Source of the DNA: Paramecium tetraurelia
Lineage: Eukaryota
Assembly: GCA_000165425.1 (NCBI GenBank)
Contig: CT868041.1
Span: forward strand, 62,001-126,000
DNA: 64,000 bases
Reading direction: 5' to 3'
Positions within the stretch are counted from its first letter, which is position 1; each line of letters begins with the position of its first letter. Below are positions 41,144 through 53,470 of this stretch, piece by piece. The notes beneath the pieces are model-generated. The model was not told the origin of the DNA. It did not search any database and was given only the letters and a program-made list of their open reading frames with translations. A program made the position numbers and the translations under genes.

Positions 41144-44100
41144 ATGGATTAAGACCAAGAGATAAAAATGAAAATAAGGTCACATTCTGTAGAGAGAGGT
41201 ATGAATTTATCTTATTGTAGAGAAAACCGAAAGCTAATCATAGTTTACAGATGAAATCGAAGATGATAAAATCGTTATTATTGGAGTTTGCTGCATGGCT
41301 AAAAAGTCTCAATCAAAGGAAATGCAAGAAATTCTGAATCGCATAAATCCTGAGTTTTTCAAAATCGAGATATTTTCAGAGTAAATGATTCTGGAAGATC
41401 CAATAGAATCTTGGCCAATAGTTGAAACACTTATAAGCTTTTATTCAGACGGATTCCCTTTGAATAAGGCCATAGCCTATGTTGATTTGAGAAAGCCATT
41501 TATCATAAATGATCTTAAGAAATAACAACTTCTATGGGATAGGGAGAGAGTCTATACATTATTAAAGAAAAACAAAGTGCCAGTACCTAAACATTATTTC
41601 GTGTTTAAAAATCCGAATAAATATATTATTGATGATTATAATAGAAAAGAAATTGAAAAGAAGTGTAAGCCAAGAAAGAATGACTAGGAGATAATTGAGG
41701 AGGAAGACAATGTTGATAGTGTTATAAGTTTTTTATAGAATGAGGATTCCTCCTAACATTTAAAATCAGTCTAGACAGCCAAATAATTATCGGAATTACT
41801 ATTGCCTCCAAGATAGGACACTATGGAAGATAAAAATAAAAATAAGATGAAATAGGGAATGAGATCTTACGATGCTAGATCGTTATCAGCTGTAATTGAT
41901 ATCAAGAAGGATAATAAGGATCTCTAGATTACGAAGATTGAGGAATGTGATGATTATTTATTAATAAATGGACAGAAATTAGTTAAGCCTTTTGTGGAAA
42001 AGCCATTTGATGCTGAAGATCATAATATTTACATTTATTATAACTCAAGAGATGGAGGCGGATGTAAGAAGCTGTTTAGAAAGGTTGGTAATTAGAGTAG
42101 TATATTTGATCCAGCTTAGAATAGCATTAGGAATGATAATGAAAACTATATTTATGAAGTATTCTTGCCAACAAATGGTTTCGATATTAAAGTCTATACT
42201 GTAGGAGAGTTTTATGCACATGCAGAAGCTAGAAAAAGTCCAGTATTGGATGGTAAGGTTGTTAGATCATAAAATGGAAAGGAAATGAGATATCCTGTTT
42301 GTTTGACAATGGAAGAGAAGATGATGGCTATAAAGATTGTGAATATATTCGGATAAAATATATGTGGATTCGATTTATTGAGAAGTAATAATAAATCATA
42401 TGTGTGTGATGTGAATGGGTGGTCTTTTGTTAAAGGAAATGCAAAGTATTATTAAGATTGTGCCACCATTTTATAGAATATGATTTTGGCTAAGTTAAGA
42501 CCTACATTATTGTAGAAACAAATTTCTGATATCAATTTAGTTAAGGGATTCTACAAGAACTCTTTTCGACCAAGTTCAAAAGACATAGATAGCAAAGAAT
42601 AGAATTCTGAATTAAGATCTGTGGTGGCAGTATTTAGACATGGAGATAGAACACCTAAGTAAAAAATGAAGATGAGAACTTCCAATGTATTGTTTCTCTC
42701 TTTTTTTGATGAAGTAGTTGATCCATCTAAAGAAATTAAATTGAAGCATCCAAAATAACTATTAAAATTACTTAATTTAACTAGGGAATGTATTGCCAAG
42801 ACTTCTTGTAGAGATAATATTATTAAACTGCTCCAAATGAAGTCAGTTCTTGAATTAGGAGGACACTTTGAAGGCATCAATAGGAAAGTCTAAATTAAAC
42901 CACTAAAAACCTAAAAAATAGACAAGAATGGTTCGATTGTTGATTTCCCAGTTGAAGTCTTGTTAATTTTAAAGTGGGGTGGAGAATTGACCTAATTAGG
43001 TGAGGAACACGCTGCTAGATTAGGCAAAATATTTAGACATGACATGTATCCTACAGAGAAAGATGGGCTACTTAGATTGCATTCCACCTATAGACATGAC
43101 TTAAAGACATTCTCATCAGATGAAGGCAGATGCCAATACACTGCAGCAGCCTTTTTAAAAGGATTGCTAGGTTATGAAGGAGAGGTGACTCCTATCTTAG
43201 CTACTATGGTTTAGAAGAATGAGGTTGCCCAAGACTTGTTAGATTGCAATAATTTAGAAATAGAGGAAGAAGCAGAAATCAAAAACATTCTCTAAAAGAT
43301 GTTAACAAGTGATGAGGATATGTTGACATAGATTTACTAGCACTTTCCGGATTGTATTATGACTTCAACATAACATGATCTAATCAGTAAGTTTAAAAGT
43401 CCGAAGTCAATGCTTATATAATTACACACTTACATTAAGTAACTAACCAAAAATATAAGGTAAATTTAGAATAAAATAATTAGACATCACATCCATTTGG
43501 ATAAAAACTATTATATAACTCCTAGTGATATGGAACAAGGAGCTTAAACTATGTTTGAATCAGAAAATCTAACTTTATTCTTCAAAAGATGGTACAAATT
43601 AGAATATGATTTCTTGCAAAAGGATAAATTCAACATTTCCAAAATCCCAGATATTTATGACAGTGTCAAATATGATATGCTTCACAATTAGGATAAATTA
43701 TAGTTTTATGAAAACTCAAAGGAATTTTATTGCTTAGCTGAATTGCTTAGCCATTTTATGGTTCCATTCGAATATGGAATCACTACTAAATAGAAGCTAT
43801 CCATAGCCAAACGTGTTGTTGGTCCTTTGTGTAATAAAATTAAATAAGATCTCTTATGGTGGAATAAACCGGAATCAAAAAACCAACAACAAGAAGAAGA
43901 TTATTGGAAGTTCAGATAAACTGATGAAAGTGATTTGAATAGTCCATGGAGACATGTGAGAACTAGATTATATTTCACATCTGCTTCTCATTTGTACTCT
44001 TTGTTTAACATCCTATATTATGGATTAGGTCATTACTTAATAGAAGATGAATTCAAGTAAAAACAATTGTAACAAATATTAATGCTGTAATATCTGTCAA

Positions 44101-44333
44101 ATATTGTTATAAAACTCTATGAAGATTTGTCTTCTGAGAAAGGAGATCCTAATAGATTTAGAATAGAATTAAGTGTTTCTGATGGAATTCAAATGTCTTT
44201 TCCAATCGACAAAAATATGCCGTCCAAAAGTGACAATATTCACATCAACTAATCATTAAGATTGGATTAATTGGAGGATTTCCTTAATCAAATCATTGAC
44301 TGCGCTTTTGGGGATGATGTTCAATCTTAATGA
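41144..44333 (+). CDS. VIP1: Inositol hexakisphosphate / diphosphoinositol-pentakisphosphate kinase (PPIP5K): ATP-grasp kinase plus histidine-phosphatase-like domain
   Basis: [121 protein letters not shown]. Confidence 0.95.
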
Positions 44334-44377
44334 TATGATCTATATATATATCAAATTAGATTAAAATAAATTAAATA

Positions 44378-45689
44378 ATGATCAATAAATTTATGGGGTA
44401 TTTTAAAAACAGGCCACCCTTTCAAAAGAGAGTGGCAAACTCATCCCTCTTAAGCTAATCTGATGAGATATTGTTGGATGATCTATTGTTCCTAATTTCT
44501 TGCTTTGAGAACAACCATTCAGAATTTATAACTAAAGCACCCTCATATTACATAGAGCAATACTTTACTTTAACGAGTGAACAGTAATGTGTAATTCATA
44601 ATTGTTTAGGGAATTTGCGAATTCTTATATCATTAGAAACAAAGTGCTATTAACGTGTCATTTGATGCTTCATGAATTTTAATTGGGTATTGACTTTGCT
44701 GACCATTTCCTAAATTAGAAATTTAATGCTTTGTTGAATAAAAAATCACCTCCTCTCGTGAAAACAAATACATAAAAGGAAGAATGGCTCTCCTCCAATA
44801 TTTAATTAAGTTACTTTTAATATCTGCAAAAACTTGCTGTGAACATCCAAGTTTTCCATGCCTGCAAAGTACAACAATATCCATTGTTTTAAGAAGGATA
44901 AAAGTTTATTGACATCCAAACTAAATTGCTATGGTTATTCAAGATTAGTAATTTGGTATTTGTTAAATTTAAAATTGAAGGTTAATAGCGGATTGGGCTA
45001 GATGGAAATTTTAAAATAAGCATTGCAAATGGTTCCTGATGATATGCTTTTGAAGGAGATAGTCTTAGTGTACTGGTCTGATATAATAGTATTCTACAAT
45101 TTTCTTAGTAAAGAAGTATTTCAAAATGCATAACAAATAGATCTTACAACTATTAGACTATTATAGACATTTAGCCACTCACATTTGTCTTTAATTCTAT
45201 GAACTCTACTTACAATTGTTTCAAATCAGGAACTCAATCTCAGATCTTTATAAATATCGCAAGCATTTCGACAGAGACAATGTCATTAAGCAACCAAAAT
45301 GGTTCGATGTGAATAAACCAGTGCATAAACAAATAGAAGAATTTATGTTGAAACAAAAATTAAACATGGGCAATCATACAGACAGAGGTGCCTTAAAACC
45401 TCAAATATCAAGTAGAGGATCCAAATCTCAAATCGCTTTTGACACTAGAATAGACTTAAGTAAATTACCAAGAAAAGATAACACCATTAAAACCCATAGA
45501 GCAGGAAGATAGGGGGATAGTGAAGGTGACGACGAAGATTTTGAACAACTAAAATAAATCTTGTAAAACTAAAATATCTAAACTAAATTAACAATGAAAA
45601 AATAATAATAATAATAAAAACAAGATTCTTAAGTTTCCTTTTAAAAATAATCTCAAGAAGAAGGAACAGATGTACCAAAAGGAGATTGA
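44378..45689 (+). CDS. Putative ANTH/ENTH-like domain protein
   Basis: MINKFMGYFKNRPPFQKRVA...IRNKVLLTCHLMLHE resembles the ANTH KxLxxxHxLL helix; helical N-terminus, disordered C-terminus; several tiny introns. Confidence 0.55.
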
Positions 45690-45801
45690 ATCAACTTATA
45701 TATATATATAATGTTATATAATTATTTATTATGAGCACCTTAATAATTTAAAATATGAGTTTTATAGACAATTTAATATGATTATTAAACGATAAAATTT
45801 A

Positions 45802-47272
45802 TCAAAGTTTTCCAAAATCCACTCTTAACTTTTTAGGAATTACTTCCAACTCATTGTTACCATTAAAAGTTAAAATTGCATATTGTTATGCTGGTTAAAA
45901 GAATTGAGGATTAATAAAAACAGTTTAATCAATTAATTTAGCTGATTGTGTAAAATGAGATGGAGTAATAATGACATCTGGACATTGATCAAAATCTAGA
46001 AATTCTTATTTGGTCAAATCACAAGGGAACTTGGTAGGATTGATAGGCACAAAACTTCTTTATTCAATGATTTATTTTAATGCAGCTTCGATTTTATTTA
46101 ACTTCTGAACACCAATCTTTTCTGAAGCAGAATTTATCTCAGACACCACCTCTTCATTTATAATTCCAATTGTCATATCTTCAACTTATAAAATGCATGG
46201 ATTTCCAACAAACATTAGGTTATCTACTTAAACTTTCTTTTTCTACTATTCTACTTTGATATTTATAGGTGGTTGAGGTACTGGATGAAAACTAGTAATT
46301 TCTTTCGTAGAGTTCACTACTATCACTTGGACTCTTGGGATTTCCTCCATAATCGCTTACAGGATTATTTCGAAAAATTCTTCATACTCACAAATACAAA
46401 TAAAACATTACCTCATAATTGTACTTATCCAAGTTCTCCTAATTCTTGATATCCAAAATAGGTCCCAATAACATAAGTATATCACATGAAATTTATTTTT
46501 TCTTAATTTTTTCAACTAGAGCGAATAAACCTTTGTATCCAAATTTGTCTTCTTTTTCAAATGGACCAGCTGCTATAACCATAACAATAGAATCGGATCT
46601 TTGCTATGCCTAGTAGTTCTTAAAATTTGAGGGTTCTTCTTAAATGGCCTAATCGTCAGGGTAGATAGATAGGAATCTTCTCACTTCTAATTCTTAATCA
46701 GTGGATTGAGAGATTACTACTCCTACTATTTTACCGGGGTATAAGTATGCTCCTTCATTTTCAATAGATTGCAAATTTAATGATTTTGGTTTTTGATCAT
46801 CTTTGAAATCTAAGAAAAATGATTTATCAGATTTTAATAATTTTTGAGTGCTTTAAGTGTCACTTTAGGTTTGGTCTGTTGGGACTTCGATTTTAAGAAT
46901 TCTACCAAAACAGATGTTGGGTTCTGGCTCTCTTTAATTGAGTCTTTCCCATTATTTATAATCTGCTTCTAATTTTTATATTCTTTAGGTAATGCTTTCT
47001 CTCTTTTTTTCAAAAGTCGAACAAAACAATTCCTTCAATTAATTAATATCGTATTCATATTTTATGGCAATTTTTCTAGGATACGAATACTAACTATGTG
47101 TGAAATCAGGCCACTATTTATTGAACCCATCTCCCAAATAAATGAAATCATCATCATTTTCAACATCCATGTGGTTTGTATTCTCTTAAGCCTATATCTC
47201 TTAAAGTCTTGTTAAGAATATATTTTTCTTAACTGAACTAAATGCGAATATTTCTTCAAAGGCATCACCCAT
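45802..47272 (-). CDS. POLA2: DNA polymerase alpha-primase B subunit
   Basis: AYLYPGKIVGVVISNP, VMVIAAGPF, LMLLGPILDI, PVPQPP, VGNPCIL and PDVIITPS match the Pol alpha/epsilon B-subunit family. Confidence 0.8.
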
Positions 47273-47454
47273 GTTTAGATATTCAAAAAATACTTAATTA
47301 ATTTATGGCGCAATTTTTGTAAATTATCAATTAATCAAATAGCATTATTTGGGAAGGCCAAAATTAAATAGAAAACCCTTAAAATCTCAAGAAATCAATA
47401 ATAGGATTAATATACAAATAATATATTATTTGTTTATTTTTAATATTTTTAATT

Positions 47455-48294
47455 ATGTAAAAGACCTCTTTAGTCAATTTCTTACACAATGGATCGAATT
47501 TTCATCCTTTCGGAGACAAACCTGAAAAACTGAATTCTACTGAAGGGAGATTCGTACCATTTATATTTGAAAGAAATCAAGTTGGGAAATTAGCTAATGC
47601 TGAACTTTATCATCTGAATTCAAACCAAAAGAGAATTAAACAAACAACAAGCGAGCAAACACACTCATTGATTGCAGACACTATTATCAAATCTAAATTG
47701 CACACCGAATAGGATTCACCGAAATATGATCCAGTAACCAAGTATATGACATTAATACCAACACATCATTAAATCGACGATCTACAAAAGACTATAGACA
47801 TCAAATCCTATACTCTGAATCATACGTCTGTTGAAAGAGGATAGCAAATGAGAAAACAACCTAAAGGCTTAAATCACAAGCATTAATTAATCGGTAGAAG
47901 CACTAAGACTCTTACATCTCAAATACCTGCAATAGGAATTTATGATCCATTACCTCTTAATAGACATCTACCAAACATTCAAATTAAGTCAAAATCTATT
48001 CAAAAACTACCTGAAGTTTGGGAACGCAATACTTAAGTTACAACACCCAAAATTAATATTAAAAATAGTGAGTCAGAAATGATGTTTGCTAAATAAATTG
48101 CCCAAATCAATAGAGAAATTGACTCATAAATGAAAAGAAATCCAAATCAGAAATTCTCATAATTGCAATTCGATATCCACGAAAACATGAATTTAGAAGA
48201 GGCTGAACAAATGAGAAATAGAATGAAGCAATATTTCCAAAGTGTTAAGGATAGTCTAGCCAAAATCAAGAACCTTATTAATGTTAAGCGTTGA
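47455..48294 (+). CDS. Hypothetical protein, possibly with SHIPPO-type (PGPGxY-like) ciliary repeats
   Basis: Open code-6 frame MQKTSLVNFLHNGSNFHPFGDKP...SPKYDP...PAIGIYDP...NLINVKR-TGA. Confidence 0.65.
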
Positions 48295-48360
48295 ACAACT
48301 ACATTTTTTTATAGATTTTATCTCCATACTCTATAAATATTATTTATTCTATTTTTTAAT

Positions 48361-49712
48361 ATGTCTTCTGCAAAAGTTCCAAACTTATCAAGAATTAAAA
48401 GTAATCTAGAAAAAAAGTTTATTGATGTCTATGGGAATAATCCCTAAAACCAAGAAATACTTGATTACATAATAAGAGAGTTAAAAGGGGAAACAGCATA
48501 AAGTGAAAAGAAAACTAAATCATCATAACAGATATATTCTGAAGATAAGGCAGTCTAATCAATACCCTAAACTGCCCCTTAATTAACCGAAAAAATCATT
48601 GATAAAACCAAAGAACCATCAAATAAAAACTCTAAGGAATCTCAAAAACTATCTAGTCATGTAAGAATACATGTAAAACTAGCATGGTAGATCAGTATAT
48701 GAAATTGATTCATTAAAATGGGGTTAATATGCAAAAGAATAAGATTTCAAGTAAAAATAAGAGGATGAAGAAAAATAGAAAAAATTAGCACAATAATAAG
48801 AAGATCTCAGGAAGTAGTTATGTGAAATCAAGTTAAGGAAACTCAAAGAGAAAGAGGATGAAAAGAATTCAGACATTAGATTTGCAGAGTAACAAAAATA
48901 ATAGATCAAAAAACAAGAGGAACTTTCTAGATAGAATAAAGAATTAAAAGCTTAGTAAAAAAAAGAAGAACTTTAATAAGTCAATACTTACTTAGATAAT
49001 TTAAAGAAAATGGAAAGAAAAAAACAAAAAATTAGAATTGCAGAAGAGCAATAAGAAATTGCTTAAGGTATTAGTATTAATTAAATTCTTAGTTTTAAGA
49101 TAGATGCATTTAGAAGATGAAATTAATAAAAAAAAAAAATTAGAAAAGTAGTTAGAAATGTAGAAGGTCCTAAAATAATATGATGAGGATTAAGAGAAAT
49201 AAAAGAAAGCTATTGAAAAAGAAAAAGAGGAGGATAGAAAATTAATGAAATAAAATAGTGAAATTATAAAAAAAAGGGATGAATAGAGAGAAAAAGAAAA
49301 AAATGATAGATTAAATAAAATAGAAGGAATAGCCAATAGATTTTAATAAACTGTTGATAGGGAATTACAAGAAAGAATAAAAGAGGAAGAGAGAAAATGT
49401 TAAAAGCATATGAAGGCTTAGGAAGAAAAAGAAAGAAAAGAAGAAGAAAGAAAGAAAAAGTCTTTGGAGAGAAAAACTAAGGAAATGACTGATGAATTAA
49501 AAAGACAAAAGTAATAAAGAGAAGATGTAAAAAAACGAGAAATAGAAGAAGATAAATAATTAGCAAAAGAAATTAAAGACAAAATCTTGAGAGATGAAAA
49601 ATTGTCATTAATAAAGAAAGAAAAGTATAATGAAAAAATCTTAGAAACAAATTAGATAATTAAAGATTAAATGGTAATTGAAGAGAAGAGGAAAAAGAAA
49701 AAAAATATATGA
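48361..49712 (+). CDS. E/K/Q/R-rich coiled-coil protein (trichohyalin-plectin-homology-like)
   Basis: MSSAKVPNLSRIKSNLEKKF...; long charged heptad region; introns near 48661-48690 and 49068-49092. Confidence 0.7.
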
Positions 49713-49724
49713 TAATATATTTTA

Positions 49725-50253
49725 GTTACTTTAATTGAAAATCAAAGTATAAATTTAGAATTGATTAACTATTAAGCCTAACTAGTTCAATTTTTTACAT
49801 CTAAAATGAGATATATTAACCTCATTATCTTAGAAATAATCATTTTCTAATTGTGAACTTACAACTATCTTAGTTGTTTATCATTTTTAGCTGATGTTCA
49901 AACTCATTAACCTTTAAATCTAAATTATACTGTGCGATTAATTACACTATTTCTTGATTTAAAATATTGCGTAATTAATCTATCATTTTATGATTCTCTT
50001 AAAATAAACTATAATACTTTTTAATTTCTACTGATAAAATTACATAAGAGAATTCTTAATTAAATAAATAGTTTTCTAAAGTTCCTTTAGCTGAGTTTGA
50101 TAATAATAAATAATTTTTTATAATTCGAGTAAAGTTCAAATCAGAAATTGATAACTAACAATAAATTCTTTATATTGATTATTATATCCCTGTTTGTCTT
50201 GACTATTTAGATGCGAAAAGAATAGCAACTTTTAATTAATTATAATTAATCAT
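49725..50253 (-). pseudogene. Possible divergent or degenerate small gene (weak longin/R-SNARE-like appearance)
   Basis: About 135 open codons from MINYNQLKVAILFASKQ to ...LRNILNQEIVQLIAQYNLDLKVNEFEHQLK, but the ATG sits only 4 bp from the PDE stop and the 3' splicing is unclear. Confidence 0.25.
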
Positions 50254-50257
50254 AATT

Positions 50258-52242
50258 TCATTTAGGTTGAATGGAAGCTAACTATTGTTTATAAAATTCG
50301 ATAAGTTCTTGCCACTTAGCTTTATTTTTATCCAAGTTTTAAAAGAAAGGTTCATAAGCTGGAAGGAATCCTAAGACACATGCAAATGTAGGTTTCACAA
50401 CATAATCAATAAATCTGATAAACAAGAAATAGAATACCCCACTTATGCTTCTGCTGTGTTGGTTGTATATCGATTACATAGATATGAGATAGGTAAGCCA
50501 AGGTCTCTCTCTTTGTCTCCCTACAGCCAAAATTCAGATAAGACTTTTTCTGTCCATTATTTATAGATTTCAAAGCTTTTGGTAGGATTGGATACATCTG
50601 AGGAATGTACAATCAAGTCCATCAATCTTTGTTTATCTTTGCCATTGGGTTCAAAATCGGCTATTTTTGCATATATAAATAATAAATACGAGCAGCAACT
50701 CTACTATTGGTGATGGCAAGTTCTGAAGCATGATGAGCCATATCTGTAGAAAGAACCATTAAGATAATTGATTCTCTGATGCGTCTGTATTTATGAAATT
50801 ATAGATTTTCAAAAATATTGACTTTTTGATTTCCCCAGGCAATTTTAAAGCATTAGGAGGGATGATACATTTCTAAAACACTCTGATCATTGTATGTTAG
50901 AGCCAACTCATTTCTACTATTGATTAGGAATGCATTAGTAAGTCCTGGGTGTCCATAATCATGAATAGCTCCAGCAATCAACACACAGGCAATGTCTTAT
51001 TCATCTAATTAACCTATTTCTATGAATTTGCATTTGCTTAATAAGAAATTGCAAGTTTAAGCAACATCTTAAGCATGGACCTTATTGTGATATGGATTAT
51101 CAAGGTATCCTTTCATTACTTCTTCAAAGTATCCTCTTACCACTTTAGGTTTGATTAGGAACACATCAAACAGATTATAATTTTCAAAGAAAAACAACAT
51201 CAAATTCACCAATCCTTCGCCTCCAGATAGTTTGTCACACTCAAATGGATCAATATATAGATCATCATGTTATTTATATAATATATCCAGTAACTATTTA
51301 ATATTATTTTAAACTTACTCTTTTTGGAATATTCAGTTTTTAAAAATTAGCAATTACTTTCTTTTGTTATTGTTATTATTAATCATTAGTTAATATTCGC
51401 TTGACTTCAGTTCTGCCTTATTAACTTTGATTTAACCAAGCCATAGCCTATTTATTTGAAATATTGACTTACTTCAGCATTGTCTTCATCCAATTTGCCC
51501 ATTTAATACAACTGATTATTTCCTATCTTGTCAATACAATAATCAATATCTAACTTCATATTTTCATCTTCCAACACTTCCTTCAACTCAGCCAGGAACC
51601 TTACTATTTTTTCGGCTGGTGTGGAAATAGTGGAAATCGTTGCCAATCTCCTAAATGTCTGGGCCTTTCTAATTAAGAGAAAGATTCTCAAGAATCGAAA
51701 GACTGCCTAGATTACTTTGATTACATTGGATGTTTTTTGATCAGCCAATTCAAATATCACAAAAAAGAGTGACAGTAAGATAATTAGAGTGTCTAAAATC
51801 AACCATTTGTCTTTATAATATTTCTATACATTATGTATTAAAATTACCTTGATGCCCCAAGCATACAATCCAACAAATATTTCTATAATGAATACTATCA
51901 GTATTCCAAGTTCAATCCAACTCAGAATTGACGAGACATTATTGAATTAAGTTTCATCTAGCAATTCTTCAAGGGCCACAATGATAAATATCAATATTGC
52001 ATAAGCTCCCACCAATGCTATAATACTAATAGTAACAAGCTTCGAATTCACAATATCTTGAAACTTTTGTTCGGATTAAGTATACAATCTAACTATTCAC
52101 TGAATTCAATTTACCTCATATTCAGCTTCTTTCGAGGAACCTCTATCATCTTGTCATTTCTCTTTGTAGAATCCACTCTCATGGTCTATTTGTCAGGGTT
52201 TTCAAGACTTCTCTATTAGGAATCAGATCCCGAGGGCAACAT
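50258..52242 (-). CDS. Class I 3',5'-cyclic-nucleotide phosphodiesterase with an N-terminal four-helix voltage-sensor-like (S1-S4) domain
   Basis: Catalytic motifs NPYHNKVHAQDV, AIHDYGHPGLTNAFL, YNDQSVLEMYH, VLSTDMAHH, HSSDVSNPTK, EFWLQGDKE, AQVGFIDYVVKP. N-terminal helices ...WIELGILIVFIIEI...KDKWLILDTLIILLSL...AVFRFLRIFLLIRK. Introns include 52089-52114 and 51824-51847. Confidence 0.92.
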
Positions 52243-52436
52243 TTGTATAAATTCAATTAATTAAAAAAACTTATTCACTGCATTTCTAATAACAAAAATT
52301 GTATAATATTTTGAGTGTTGACATCAATGTGAATTTGGTTCACATGTCTACACCCCTTCATTCACACTCTGATCTTCCCACATTCATAATAATTATTAGC
52401 CTTTATCACCAAATATCTGTTACGTTAATTTATTAA

Positions 52437-53381
52437 ATGAAATTATCACCCATATGTTAAACATTGATGCATTCCAAATCCAATCCCTTATCTCCAGTCA
52501 TCCAGAACATGAAGAAGCACAGTATTCACAGTATTGAAAATGAAAAAAAGGAGAACCAGTATAAACATTAATGATCTTTAGCAATCAGTTAGAATTAAGG
52601 ATCAATCAATTGGTGGAAGAAAACAAAAAGGTTAATCTCTAATTGAATGATAAAATTAAAGAAAATGAATAATTAAGAGGCCAAATTATGGAATAAGAAA
52701 TTCAAATCAATAAATTAAAAGGAATAGAACATGAACTCTTTTTGGTTAAAGAAATGTCTGATATTCGATTTCAAGATGTAATATTAACTTAGTAACACTA
52801 GTACCAAAAATCCAAATAATAGGCCGAACAATTATATTAAGAATTAACAGACATACAAGCTGTCTTCTAAGATTCCTCTACTAAACTAATAAATCAAGCA
52901 GAAGAAATTCAGACGTGGAAGATTAGATACGCTGAGTTAGATTCAGCAAGACTATAATAATTGTAAGGTAAAATTATCAATCTATTCCTAGAATTAAAAC
53001 AATAAATTCTATAAGAAATAGGAAGATGATGATTAAAAATAATCGTATCTAAAGGCAATAACAGATTTGGAAAGAACCATCTAATCTCTACAAAATTAAC
53101 TGCAGGAGAAGGAGGATTCATTAAGATTAGCTAATGAAGATATAAATTAGTGGAAGATTAAGTTTTCTAAAGTATAAATATAACAGAAGTAAGTGGTCAA
53201 TGATAAAGAGAAAGATTAAAAAATATAGATGTTAATAGATGAAATTGAAAGATTAAATGATTTATTGGGTTAAAGAAATGATGAAATTTATACACTAAAG
53301 AGATTGGCTGAAAAAACTGCTTAACTTATTTCGATCAGTTAAAGAGCATAAAGATCGGCTAGCGGTCAAAAATATAAATGA
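52437..53381 (+). CDS. Coiled-coil hypothetical protein (alternative in-frame ATG at 52344)
   Basis: MKLSPICQTLMHSKSNPLSP...NQLELRINQLVEENKKVN...IDEIERLNDLL...SGQKYK-TGA, with tiny introns. Confidence 0.7.
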
Positions 53382-53470
53382 AATTTTTAATTTATTCTAG
53401 ATTTATTACTTACGTGTATATTCAATTAAGTTGATTAAAAGAAAAAAATTATATTTTCATTTACTTAATT

